Assembly: GCA_028716045.1 (NCBI GenBank)
Contig: JAQUQO010000001.1
Location: forward strand, 64,942-128,941
Length of the DNA stretch: 64,000 nt
Reading direction: 5' to 3'
Source of the DNA: Patescibacteria group bacterium
GTDB lineage: Bacteria > Patescibacteriota > Patescibacteriia > JAQUQO01
A program made the translations under genes and the position numbers. Numbering within the stretch: the stretch's first letter is position 1; each line of letters begins with the position of its first letter. The notes under the pieces were generated by a model. That model was not told the DNA's origin. It made no database searches and saw only the letters and a list, made by a program, of their open reading frames with translations. Shown here piece by piece: positions 28,563 through 37,934 of this stretch.

Positions 28563-29810
28563 ATGATAAATGAAATTATTACCGGTTTGGACGTTGGCTC
28601 TTCGGCAGTGAGGATAGTGGTTGGGCAAAAGGATTCTCCGGAAGCAAAATTGCGGATTGTTGGTATTGCCGAAGTTCCTTCAGCCGGTGTAAATAAAGGA
28701 GTAATCACCAGCATTGATGATGCCAGCAATGCTATTTCGGCTTGTTTGGAAAAGGCCGAGAGAATGGTAGGCATACCGCTGGAACAGGCCTGGGTGGGAG
28801 TTTCGGGTCCTAATATTTTATCCCAAAGCAGTAAGGGAGTGGTGGCCGTTTCCAAGGTTGATGGAGAGATAAAAGAGGAGGATGTTGAACGCGCTATCGA
28901 GGCAGCCAAGACCGTAGTCAGTCCGCCAAACTACGAAATACTTCACGTGATTCCCAAAACCTTTACCGTTGATGGACAAGGAGGGATGAAGGACCCTATT
29001 GGTATGACCGGCATAAGATTAGAGGTGGATACACAAATTATTCAGGGTCTTTCCTCACAAGTTAATAATTTAACTAAATGTATTTATCGGACCGGTTTGG
29101 ATATAGAGGATTTAGTTTTTTCTATTTTAGCCGCTTCTGAAGCAGTAGCGACAAATAGACAAAAAGAACTTGGAACCGTGGTCATAAATATCGGCAGTTC
29201 CACGACCAGCCTTATTGTTTTTGAAGAAGGAGAGGTCATCCACACCGCCGTCTTACCTATCGGCGGAGATCATATAACTGCCGATATTGCCATAGGGCTA
29301 AGAATCTCTATTGACACAGCGGAGAAAATAAAAATTGAATACGGGTCGGCTCTTTCGCGGGAGTTTAACAAAAAAGAAGAAATCAATTTAGCGGAACTCG
29401 GGTCGGAAGAGGGCGTGGTTTCTCTGCGTTACGTGGCCGAAATAATTGAAGCCCGCGCGGAGGAAATTTTTGATAAAGTTGATAATGAACTTAAAAAAAT
29501 AGACCGCAGTGGTCTTCTGCCCGCCGGAGCTATTTTAACCGGAGGGAGTGTTAAGTTACGGGGGATAGTGGAGGTGGCTAAAAAACAGTTGCGCTTGCCG
29601 GCGGCCATTGGGCATGCCAAAGAAATAATATCCGCGATTGATAAGACGAATGATATTTCTTTCACTACCGCAGTCGGTTTAGTTTTATGGGGTGAGCAGA
29701 TTTTATCGCAGAATAAATCAAGTAAATTAACTCAATTTGTTTCGCGTTTTAAAAGTATTGATAAAGCGACGGGCCAGATAAGAAAATGGTTTAAAAATTT
29801 GTTGCCCTAA
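28563..29810 (+). CDS. ftsA: Cell division protein FtsA
   Basis: Actin-like ATPase with the LDVGSSAVRIVVGQ phosphate-1 motif and an FtsA-typical domain order. Confidence 0.9.
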   Translation: MINEIITGLDVGSSAVRIVVGQKDSPEAKLRIVGIAEVPSAGVNKGVITSIDDASNAISACLEKAERMVGIPLEQAWVGVSGPNILSQSSKGVVAVSKVDGEIKEEDVERAIEAAKTVVSPPNYEILHVIPKTFTVDGQGGMKDPIGMTGIRLEVDTQIIQGLSSQVNNLTKCIYRTGLDIEDLVFSILAASEAVATNRQKELGTVVINIGSSTTSLIVFEEGEVIHTAVLPIGGDHITADIAIGLRISIDTAEKIKIEYGSALSREFNKKEEINLAELGSEEGVVSLRYVAEIIEARAEEIFDKVDNELKKIDRSGLLPAGAILTGGSVKLRGIVEVAKKQLRLPAAIGHAKEIISAIDKTNDISFTTAVGLVLWGEQILSQNKSSKLTQFVSRFKSIDKATGQIRKWFKNLLP

Positions 29811-29838
29811 TTGGCGGAATTAAAGAGATCTATTATTC

Positions 29839-29867
29839 TTGACGTTTTTCCCGATACTCGTTATCAT
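29839..29867 (+). promoter_or_regulatory. Putative promoter for ftsZ
   Basis: TTGACG (29839-29844), a 17-nt spacer, then TATCAT (29862-29867) followed by ATAATA, about 40 nt upstream of the ftsZ ATG. Confidence 0.4.
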
Positions 29868-29907
29868 ATAATAAATTCCAGTAAATATTATAAATTTATC
29901 CTTTTAT

Positions 29908-31125
29908 ATGAAAGAAGTTAAACCAGAAGTGGAAACTTTTGCTAAAATTAAAGTAGTCGGCGTGGGCGGAAGCGGCGGTTCGGCTGTCAATAGAATGGTG
30001 AAATCAAATATCCAGGGTGTGGAATTTATTGCTATTAATACCGATGTCCAGGCTCTTCATTATTCCCAGGCCCCGACCAAATTACAGATCGGTAAGACGG
30101 TGACGCGAGGATTAGGCGCAGGCATGAATGCGGATTTAGGAAGACAATCGGCCGAAGAAAATCAAAATGAGATCAGGGATGTCCTGAAGGGGGCGGATAT
30201 GGTTTTTATCACTTGCGGTTTGGGTGGAGGAACAGGTACGGGAGCTGCTCCAATTGTCGCCCAACTTTCTCGGGAGATAGGCGCTTTAACTGTGGCGGTG
30301 GTGACTAAGCCGTTTTCTTTTGAAGGAGCCCAGAGAAGAGAATTGGCGGAAAAAGGCCTGGATAATTTAAGAGATAAAGTAGACACGATAATTACCATAC
30401 CTAATGATCGCCTGCTTCAGATTATAGACAAAAGGACCTCTTTGTTGGAAGCTTTTTCAATAGTAGATAACGTATTGGAACAAGGCGTGCGCGGTATATC
30501 GGAAATCATCACCGTCCCCGGGCTTATTAATGTTGATTTTGCCGATGTAAAAGCCGTTATGGCTGATACTGGCTCGGCTTTAATGGGAATCGGCTGCGCT
30601 AAAGGAGAAGCGAGAGCAGTAGAAGCGGCTAAGGCGGCCGTTTCTAGTCCGCTTTTGGAATCTTCTATTGAGGGCGCCAAGGGGATACTTTTTACTATTG
30701 CCGGTAGTCCCGATTTGGGCATGCACGAAGTAGATGAGGCCGCTAAAATTGTTACTTCCTCTGCCGACCCAAGCGCTAAGATTATCTTTGGCGCGGTGAT
30801 TGATAAAGAGATGAAGGACGAAGTAAAAGTTACGGTGGTGGCTACGGGTTTTGACAACAGAGACTTGTCTCATTTAATCGGCAATAATATCAGTCGGGTG
30901 GAACAAAATAATTATCAGCCGACCACTTTTGTGCAATCTAAAGTTAATAAGCCGTCGGTTGAAGAAAAAAAAGAAGAAAGGCAGCCAGTCGCCCGAAAGG
31001 AATTTATCAAGAAACCGTTAAAAAGAGATTTTACTGTCAAAAGCAATGAGTTCAAAAAAAATATCGTCGGCGAAGAAGACGAGGATTTAGAAATTCCAGC
31101 CTTTATCAGAAGAAAAATGATGTAG
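29908..31125 (+). CDS. ftsZ: Cell division protein FtsZ
   Basis: The tubulin signature [10 protein letters not shown], the NTDVQAL T7 loop and a variable C-terminal tail. Confidence 0.95.
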   Translation: MKEVKPEVETFAKIKVVGVGGSGGSAVNRMVKSNIQGVEFIAINTDVQALHYSQAPTKLQIGKTVTRGLGAGMNADLGRQSAEENQNEIRDVLKGADMVFITCGLGGGTGTGAAPIVAQLSREIGALTVAVVTKPFSFEGAQRRELAEKGLDNLRDKVDTIITIPNDRLLQIIDKRTSLLEAFSIVDNVLEQGVRGISEIITVPGLINVDFADVKAVMADTGSALMGIGCAKGEARAVEAAKAAVSSPLLESSIEGAKGILFTIAGSPDLGMHEVDEAAKIVTSSADPSAKIIFGAVIDKEMKDEVKVTVVATGFDNRDLSHLIGNNISRVEQNNYQPTTFVQSKVNKPSVEEKKEERQPVARKEFIKKPLKRDFTVKSNEFKKNIVGEEDEDLEIPAFIRRKMM

Positions 31126-31166
31126 AGAGTATCGGCGGAAAGGCAGGGGCGATGACTTTTTTATAA

Positions 31167-31198
31167 AAAACAGTTCGTTTAGGCGAGCTGTTTTAAAA
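31167..31198 (+). terminator. Putative rho-independent terminator after ftsZ
   Basis: AAAACAGTTCG / CGAGCTGTTTT stem with one G-U pair and loop TTTAGG. A TTTT-rich tract follows. Confidence 0.4.
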
Positions 31199-31253
31199 TT
31201 TCCAGAAGAGTGTTATAATAATAAGAGCTATTTTTAATTTTTAATTTATTTTT

Positions 31254-31763
31254 ATGCATTGCCCTGTTTGCAATAACATTGATACTAAAGTAAATGATTC
31301 GCGTTTAACTTCTGATAATTTAGGTATCCGACGGCGTCGAGAATGTCTAAAATGCGGGTTTAGATTTTCCACCATAGAAGAGATGGAAATTTTAGATTTG
31401 ACAGTAACAAAAAGAAATGGCGAGAAAGAGGCTTACTCCCGGGAAAAAATTGAGCGGGGGCTAAAGAAAGCTCTGGAAAAAAGGCCGGTTATGGCCGAGG
31501 ACTTTAAAAAGCTTATTCATAATATTGAGCGCGATATCCAGAAGAAAAAGAAGCGCGAAATCACCAGCAAGGAAATTGGCGAGATAATAATGAAAAAATT
31601 GAAAAATTTTGACGAAGTCGCTTACATCCGTTTTGCTTCAGTTTATCGTTCCTTCGAAGATGTGGAGACCTTTCAGAGAGAGTTAAATAACCTTTTAAGG
31701 CCGTCGTCCCGTTCAGCGGCCGTAAAGAAGAAAAATTTATGGAGGAAGAAATCAAAAAAATAG
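31254..31763 (+). CDS. nrdR: Transcriptional repressor NrdR (zinc ribbon + ATP-cone)
   Basis: The MHCPVCNN...CLKCGFRFST zinc ribbon, then an ATP-cone (VTKRNGEKEAYSREKIERGL). Confidence 0.9.
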   Translation: MHCPVCNNIDTKVNDSRLTSDNLGIRRRRECLKCGFRFSTIEEMEILDLTVTKRNGEKEAYSREKIERGLKKALEKRPVMAEDFKKLIHNIERDIQKKKKREITSKEIGEIIMKKLKNFDEVAYIRFASVYRSFEDVETFQRELNNLLRPSSRSAAVKKKNLWRKKSKK

Positions 31764-31951
31764 CAGATAATCAAGGGGAGATTTTACGGCGCTTAAAGAA
31801 GATAGAATTTTGTATTAAACTGGCCGGGGCTTGGGCTGTTTTAAAAATAATATTATTTTTAATACCTCTGATTTTAGCGGTCATCTATTTACCGCCGTAT
31901 ATTAGGGAGATTGTTAGTGATTATTTAAATTTGATAAATAGAATGAATTGA
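31739..31951 (+). CDS. Small membrane protein (hypothetical)
   Basis: The 70-aa ORF has one or two TM helices and overlaps the nrdR 3' end by 25 nt. It is speculative. Confidence 0.35.
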   Translation: MEEEIKKIADNQGEILRRLKKIEFCIKLAGAWAVLKIILFLIPLILAVIYLPPYIREIVSDYLNLINRMN

Positions 31952-31952
31952 G

Positions 31953-32273
31953 ATGCGCGATTTTAAAAAGTCGGTTTTAGCCCTCACCGCCCGGATACCT
32001 AGCGGCAGAGTTACAACCTATAAAATTTTATCCCACGCCGCCGGTCACTCTGGGGCCTGGCGCGCCGTGGCTAATGTTTTGGCAAAGAATAAAAATTATA
32101 AAGAGATACCTTGCCATCGCGTTATAAAGTCAGATGGGAGCTTGGGGGAGTATAATCGGGGAGTAAAAAAGAAAAGAAAATTGTTATTGGAGGAGGGGGT
32201 GAGGGTAGGGAAGAAAAAGATAGTTGAATTGGAGCGGAATTTGTACTATTTTAAGTTCAACAAAAATAAATAA
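31953..32273 (+). CDS. MGMT-family (O6-alkylguanine-DNA alkyltransferase C-terminal domain) protein
   Basis: The IPCHRVI active-site motif sits in an about 100-aa winged-helix domain (TTYKILSHAAGHSGAWRAVANVL). Confidence 0.75.
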   Translation: MRDFKKSVLALTARIPSGRVTTYKILSHAAGHSGAWRAVANVLAKNKNYKEIPCHRVIKSDGSLGEYNRGVKKKRKLLLEEGVRVGKKKIVELERNLYYFKFNKNK

Positions 32274-32282
32274 TCGAAACAT

Positions 32283-33563
32283 ATGTCTGAACAACAATTT
32301 TATTCATTCAAAAAAATAATTGTCGTCGCCATTTTGGTGAGTTTAGTTGTTGGAGGAATTACCGGAGGTGTAGCCGGAGTTATCTTGGGGAGTTTGGCAA
32401 AAACCGCTCCGGAGTGGCTTAGCGGTTTTGGTTTAGAACTTAAGAATAACGGCGATGATTCAATTAAAGAAAAGAACAAAATTGTAACCGTGGAAGAAGA
32501 GTCGGCAACCATTGACGCGGTAAAAAAAGTTTCTCCGTCGGTTGTCAGTATAGTAATCACCAAAGATTTAAGTAAAATTTATAATTTGACCGGTCCCAAT
32601 ATTTTCCCCTTTGACGATTTTTTTGAGTTTGGTTTCCCCTCTAATAATAATGGCACTGATTCGGGAGACGGTAATTCGGATGTAGAGAAAACAGAAGTCG
32701 GCGGCGGGACGGGATTTATTATTTCAGCCGATGGTCTCATTTTAACTAATAAGCACGTAGTTTCTGATAATGAAGCGAGCTATACGGTTATTACGAGCGG
32801 TGGGGAACGTTATGAAGCCAAAGTTTTAAGTGAGGATTTTTTAAATGATATTGCTATTTTAAAAATAGATGCCAAGAATCTGCCGGTAGTGGAGTTCGGC
32901 AATTCCGATGATTTGGAAATAGGTCAGACCGTTATTGCTATTGGCAATACTTTGGCAGAATATAGAAATACCGTCACTAAAGGAGTTATCAGCGGAATTG
33001 ACAGAAAGGTGACCGCCGGTGACGGGCTGGGTCAAAGCGAGGTGATAGAAGGCGCGATTCAGACTGATGCAGCTATTAATCCGGGCAATTCCGGCGGGCC
33101 ACTCATCAATTTATCTGGGCAAGTTATAGGTGTTAATACTGCCATCAACCGTTCGGGGCAACTCGTGGGGTTCGCTATCCCGATAAACAGCGTAAAGCCG
33201 GCGATTGAAAGTGTCAAAACATACGGGAAAATAATCAGGCCGTTTTTAGGAGTGCGCTATGTTTTATTAAACGAACAAATTGCTAAAGCTAATAATCTTA
33301 GCGTTGATTACGGAGCTTTAATTATTCGCGGCAGGAATACGACCGATTTAGCTATTATCCCGGGAAGCCCGGCGGATAAGGCGGGCCTAGTGGAGAACGA
33401 TATTATTTTGGAAATTAACGGTCAGAAAATAGATGCGGAAACTAATTTAGCTCGCCAGATAGTCAAATATCAGCCCGGCGAGGAAGTAGAAATGAAGATT
33501 TATAATAAGGGCGAGGAGAAAATAGTAAAAGTGAAGTTAGAAGAATATAAGGAGAATCAGTAG
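32283..33563 (+). CDS. htrA: HtrA/DegP-family serine protease with PDZ domain
   Basis: An N-terminal TM helix, a trypsin-like core (GTGFIISADGLILTNKHVV, GNSGGPLINLSGQVIGVNTAI), and a C-terminal PDZ domain. Confidence 0.85.
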   Translation: MSEQQFYSFKKIIVVAILVSLVVGGITGGVAGVILGSLAKTAPEWLSGFGLELKNNGDDSIKEKNKIVTVEEESATIDAVKKVSPSVVSIVITKDLSKIYNLTGPNIFPFDDFFEFGFPSNNNGTDSGDGNSDVEKTEVGGGTGFIISADGLILTNKHVVSDNEASYTVITSGGERYEAKVLSEDFLNDIAILKIDAKNLPVVEFGNSDDLEIGQTVIAIGNTLAEYRNTVTKGVISGIDRKVTAGDGLGQSEVIEGAIQTDAAINPGNSGGPLINLSGQVIGVNTAINRSGQLVGFAIPINSVKPAIESVKTYGKIIRPFLGVRYVLLNEQIAKANNLSVDYGALIIRGRNTTDLAIIPGSPADKAGLVENDIILEINGQKIDAETNLARQIVKYQPGEEVEMKIYNKGEEKIVKVKLEEYKENQ

Positions 33564-33604
33564 AAACCAGAGTGTTAAAATTTTAATGTCAAATATCAAA
33601 TTTT

Positions 33605-34703
33605 ATGTCTGACGTTTTAAATAAATTTTTTGAACTCCAAAAACGGGTCAAGGAAACACGGAGGTTGCTTTGACCATGTCCAAAAGCTGCAAAAACTAAA
33701 GGAGCTGGAAAGAGAGATGGCTGAACCGGAGTTTTGGTCTAACCAAAAAAAAGCAAAAAAGATTAGCCAACAGTTTACGGAGTTAGAGGAAGAGCTGGAA
33801 ATTTGGGGAAAATTATCAGGGGAAATAAATGATTTGATTGAGATTCTAAAATCTTCACCTGCGGACAAAGAAATTTCAAAAGAGTCGGGGAAAAGATTGG
33901 CGGATTTAGAAAGGCGGTTTAGCGGATTGGAGTTTGCTTTGCTTTTTCGTGGTAAGCATGACCGAGCTAACGCTATTTTGTCTATTAATGCCGGTGCCGG
34001 AGGGGTTGACGCGCAGGATTGGGCAGAAATGCTTTTAAGGATGTATTCAAGGTTTGCCGAAAGGAAAGGTTGGCAGGTCAAAATTTTAGAAGAAAGCCGC
34101 GGGAACGAGGCAGGCATAAAAAGTGTTACGATTCAGATGGCCGGCACTTACGCGTACGGCTGGTTAAAATCCGAAGCCGGAGTTCATCGTTTGGTGCGTA
34201 TTTCGCCTTTTGACGCGGCCAAGATGCGCCACACCTCATTTTCTTCCGTGGAAGTTTTGCCCGAATTGGAGACTGCGGAAATAAAGATAGACCCAAACGA
34301 TTTAAGAATAGATACTTTTATGTCTTCCGGACATGGCGGGCAGGGAGTCAATACTACTTATTCGGCGGTGCGGATTGTCCATATCCCAACGGGACTAAGC
34401 GCCGCTTGTCAGAATGAACGTTCGCAGGCGCAAAATAAAGAAATGGCTTTGAAAATTATCGCCGCCAAATTGCAAACTTTTTTAGAAAACGAGCAGAAGA
34501 AGGAAAGAGAAAAAATTCGCGGGGAGGTTAAGCCGGCGGAGTGGGGCAGTCAGATTCGTTCCTATGTTTTACACCCTTATAAAATGATTAAGGACCATCG
34601 CACCGGCTTTGAGACAAGTGAGGTTAGGGAGGTGCTGGATGGAGAATTAGAAAAGATTATTGAAGCATATCTGAGAGCCGGAATTAGACAGTATTTTTAT
34701 TAA
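33605..34703 (+). CDS. prfB: Peptide chain release factor 2 (programmed +1 frameshift at CTT TGA C, 33668-33674)
   Basis: Frame 0 from ATG 33605 encodes MSDVLNKFFELQKRVKETRRLL and ends at an in-frame TGA (33671). GGAGG lies 3 nt upstream of CTT-TGA-C. The +1 frame continues DHVQKLQKL... through the SPF-like region and the GGQ motif (SGHGGQGVNTT). Confidence 0.9.
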
Positions 34704-34710
34704 TTTTTTT

Positions 34711-35655
34711 ATGTCCAGAGTTTTAGTTACCGGCGGAGCGGGATTTGTCGGTTCTCATCTCGTTGATGCGTTGATTAAAAAAGATTTTAAAGTTGTAGCG
34801 GTTGATGATTTATCAACCGGCAAAAAATCCAATCTTAACCCCCGCGCTAAATTTTATAAATTAGATATCTCCGGCCCGAAGCTGGAGAATGTTTTTAAAA
34901 AAGAAAAACCAGATTACGTTTTTCACTACGCCGCCCAGATGGACGTGAGAAAATCGGTGGCCGACCCTTTATTTGACGCGCGCGTCAATATCTTGGGCGG
35001 GCTGAATGTTATTGCTAACGCGCAAAAATATAAAATCAAAAAAATAATTTTTGCTTCCTCCGGAGGGGCGGTATATGGAGAATCCTCACTCTTGCCAACG
35101 CCGGAGAGCGCCCCCACCAACCCCGTGTGCCCTTACGGTGTCAGCAAACTCGCTGCCGAAAAATACCTGTGTTATTTTTGGAAGCAATTTGGTATTCCTT
35201 ACGTCGCGTTGCGTTTCGCCAATATCTACGGGCCTCGCCAACGGTCAGACGGCGAGGCAGGAGTGGTGGCTATTTTCATCAGTAAGATTTTGCAGGGCGA
35301 ACAGCCAATTATTAACGGCGACGGACGGCAGACGAGGGACTATGTTTATATTGATGACGTGGTTAAGGCCAGTTTGGTGGCTTTAAAAAAATCAGCCGCT
35401 GGTTCTTATAACATCGGTACTGGGCGGGAGACGGATGTAAACAAAATTTTTAAACTCATTGCGAAAAATTTCGCGTATCCGGTAAAAGTAATCCGCGGCC
35501 CCGCTAAACCGGGCGAGCAGAGGAGGAGTGTTCTTGATGCCCGAAAAATAAAAAAAGAATTGGGCTGGTCGCCGCGAATTTCCATTGAAGAGGGGATTAA
35601 AAAAACAGCAGAGTGGATAAAAAAATTTAAAATTAAAAATGGAAAATTACAATGA
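34711..35655 (+). CDS. NAD-dependent epimerase/dehydratase (GalE-like)
   Basis: The VLVTGGAGFVGSHL Rossmann motif, a YxxxK catalytic pair and a 314-aa length. Substrate unknown. Confidence 0.8.
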   Translation: MSRVLVTGGAGFVGSHLVDALIKKDFKVVAVDDLSTGKKSNLNPRAKFYKLDISGPKLENVFKKEKPDYVFHYAAQMDVRKSVADPLFDARVNILGGLNVIANAQKYKIKKIIFASSGGAVYGESSLLPTPESAPTNPVCPYGVSKLAAEKYLCYFWKQFGIPYVALRFANIYGPRQRSDGEAGVVAIFISKILQGEQPIINGDGRQTRDYVYIDDVVKASLVALKKSAAGSYNIGTGRETDVNKIFKLIAKNFAYPVKVIRGPAKPGEQRRSVLDARKIKKELGWSPRISIEEGIKKTAEWIKKFKIKNGKLQ

Positions 35656-36004
35656 AAAATTAAAAATTGACATCAAAAAGAGGGCCTATATTTTTAGTTT
35701 AGAAATATTGCGATTTTTGCGGGGTTTAGATAGGAAAGATTGGATACTTGAGGTAATGACTAAACAACTGCTCCGTTGCGCTACAAGCATTGGTGCCAAT
35801 ATTATTGAGGCGCAGGCCGCTAGTTCAAGGAAAGATTTTATTAATTTTCTCACCGTCGCCCTAAAATCAGCTAATGAAACAAAATATTGGCTCGGCTTAC
35901 TGCGCGATGGTCAAAAATTAGACATCGACAAACTTTTAAAGGAAGTAGATGAACTTTCTAAGATACTTGCTGCTATTATTATGAGTGCAAAAGGTAAAAG
36001 ATAA
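35639..36004 (+). CDS. Four-helix-bundle protein (rRNA intervening-sequence protein family, TIGR02436-like)
   Basis: The 121-aa helical product has a family-typical pattern (AYIFSLEILRFLRGL...ETKYWLGLLRD). Confidence 0.7.
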   Translation: MENYNEKLKIDIKKRAYIFSLEILRFLRGLDRKDWILEVMTKQLLRCATSIGANIIEAQAASSRKDFINFLTVALKSANETKYWLGLLRDGQKLDIDKLLKEVDELSKILAAIIMSAKGKR

Positions 36005-36030
36005 TTTTACATTTTGCATTTTTAATTTTT

Positions 36031-36882
36031 ATGATGAATCTTTCTTCTCTTAGTTTTATTCGCCAACTATGCATTGATAATGGCATCAGCCCGCAAAAAC
36101 ATCGCGGGCAGAATTTTTTAGTGGACAAAAATGTGCTGGATAAAATGTTGAGGTTAGCCGAGGTCAAAAAGACGGATACAATCTTGGAGATTGGCCCGGG
36201 CTTCGGCGTTTTGACCGAAGCGCTGGCGCGCCAAGCCAAAAAAGTTGTGGCCGTGGAGTTGGATAAAAAAATCTTCCCGATTTTAAAGAATACCTTTAGG
36301 GGCCATAAGAATATAATATTAGTTAACGAGGATATTTTAAAATTTAGAGTTACAAGTTATAAGTTTCAAGATTTGGGTTATCGCCTCATTGCCAACCTGC
36401 CATACAGCATTACTTCCGCCGTTTTACAAAAATTTTTGACAGACGAACCTCGCCCCAAGGATATAATTATATTAATCCAGTGGGACGTTGCCGAGCGCAT
36501 TTTGGCCAAACCGGGCGAGATGAGCTTACTCGCCATAAGCGTCCAATTGTACGGCCAGCCGGAAATTTTAATGAAAGTGCGACCCGGAAGTTTTTGGCCA
36601 AAGCCGGGGGTAGAGAGCGCCCTTTTGAAAATCGAAGTAGGGGAAAGGCATGGAGGGTCAAAGGAAGATTTTGATGACCGCCTTTTTTGGCAGGTAGTTA
36701 AAGCCGGGTTTCGGGCAAAAAGAAAGCAATTGGTAAATAACTTGTCTAGGAATTTAGAAATATCGAAAGAAACGGCAGTAAAGTGGATAATTGCGGCCGG
36801 GTTGGACCCCAAGATAAGGGCGGAAGGGTTAAGCGTGGAAGATTGGCTAAGGTTAGCTAAAATTACTCCAATTAAAGCATAA
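36031..36882 (+). CDS. rsmA: 16S rRNA (adenine1518/1519-N6)-dimethyltransferase RsmA/KsgA
   Basis: GQNFLVD, the SAM-binding LEIGPGFGVLTEAL, and NLPYSITS. Confidence 0.9.
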   Translation: MMNLSSLSFIRQLCIDNGISPQKHRGQNFLVDKNVLDKMLRLAEVKKTDTILEIGPGFGVLTEALARQAKKVVAVELDKKIFPILKNTFRGHKNIILVNEDILKFRVTSYKFQDLGYRLIANLPYSITSAVLQKFLTDEPRPKDIIILIQWDVAERILAKPGEMSLLAISVQLYGQPEILMKVRPGSFWPKPGVESALLKIEVGERHGGSKEDFDDRLFWQVVKAGFRAKRKQLVNNLSRNLEISKETAVKWIIAAGLDPKIRAEGLSVEDWLRLAKITPIKA

Positions 36883-36978
36883 AAATCAGCAGCTCTCAGA
36901 AGGTTTCCCTTTATTTTGGTTTTATGCTATAATTTTATAAAAGTTGGTTAGCCAAGGAAGCAGAAAAGTTTCTTAATT

Positions 36979-37863
36979 TTGATTTTATATATGATGCCCG
37001 AAGATTACGAAAAAAATATTGATTTACCGGGCGATTTTAATACATACGGAGCAGAGGGGGGCGAAGGAGAGAAGGAAGAAAGGCGCGTCAAGCCCGCTTC
37101 AAAAGGAAAGGCAAATTTTATCTTTGCCGCGGTTTTTATTTTAGCCATAACCGGAGTAGCGCTCGGTTTTTCCAATTATTATAACAATATAAAGGGGCCG
37201 TTCGTTTTTAAGGGTTCTGAAAACGAGGAAGCCAGCGGTTCGGTGAATAAAGAAGCCCAGGATAGTTTGGATTTGCGCAATAAAGATACGGATAGCGACG
37301 GCTTAAATGATTATGATGAATTATATGTTTACAACACCTCCCCATATTTAGACGATTCGGACTCTGATAATTATAAAGACAAGGAAGAGATTGATAAGGG
37401 CTATGACCCAAACTGCCCGGCCGGGCGAGTTTGTATTTCGTCACCGTCTGAAAGTTCAACCGCCACGGAAGAAACAGCTACTAATTTAACAGCGGCGGAA
37501 GAAGAAATTTTAAATCAAGGGCAAAAACTTCTTTCCGGGTCTTTATCCCTTGATGAATTAAGAGCGCTTCTTAAGGAAATGGGAATGAGCGCGGCGCAGG
37601 TTGATAGTTTAAGTGACGAAGATTTAAAAAAACTTTACGATAAGACCTTGCAGGAAGTGCAAAAGCAGGTTGTGGCCGGGGAAAGTTCCTCGGGCACAGC
37701 AGAAACGCAGAATGGCGAGAGCACCAAACTCCCAGCGTCAGATTCCATCACTCCGGAGCAGATTAGGCAGCTCTTAATCGCCGGCGGGATGAAAGAAAGC
37801 GACCTTGAGGGAATAAGTGACGAGGAGCTAATTAAACTTTATAAGGAAGCGACGGAAGAATAA
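36979..37863 (+). CDS. TM protein with TSP3-like acidic repeats and C-terminal tandem helical repeat
   Basis: A TM helix, DTDSDGLNDYDE / DDSDSDNYKDKEE repeats, and two copies of about 38 aa of (E)LRxLLxxxGMxxxxxxxxSDE(E/D)LxKLYxxxxEE (res 188-226 and 257-294). It is the fourth member of the 25.2-27.7 kb family. Confidence 0.6.
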   Translation: MILYMMPEDYEKNIDLPGDFNTYGAEGGEGEKEERRVKPASKGKANFIFAAVFILAITGVALGFSNYYNNIKGPFVFKGSENEEASGSVNKEAQDSLDLRNKDTDSDGLNDYDELYVYNTSPYLDDSDSDNYKDKEEIDKGYDPNCPAGRVCISSPSESSTATEETATNLTAAEEEILNQGQKLLSGSLSLDELRALLKEMGMSAAQVDSLSDEDLKKLYDKTLQEVQKQVVAGESSSGTAETQNGESTKLPASDSITPEQIRQLLIAGGMKESDLEGISDEELIKLYKEATEE

Positions 37864-37934
37864 AAATTTAAAAGTCAATCCTTCGACAGGCTCAGGATTG
37901 ACCCTGAGCACAGCCGAATGGGTCAAAATCTAAA

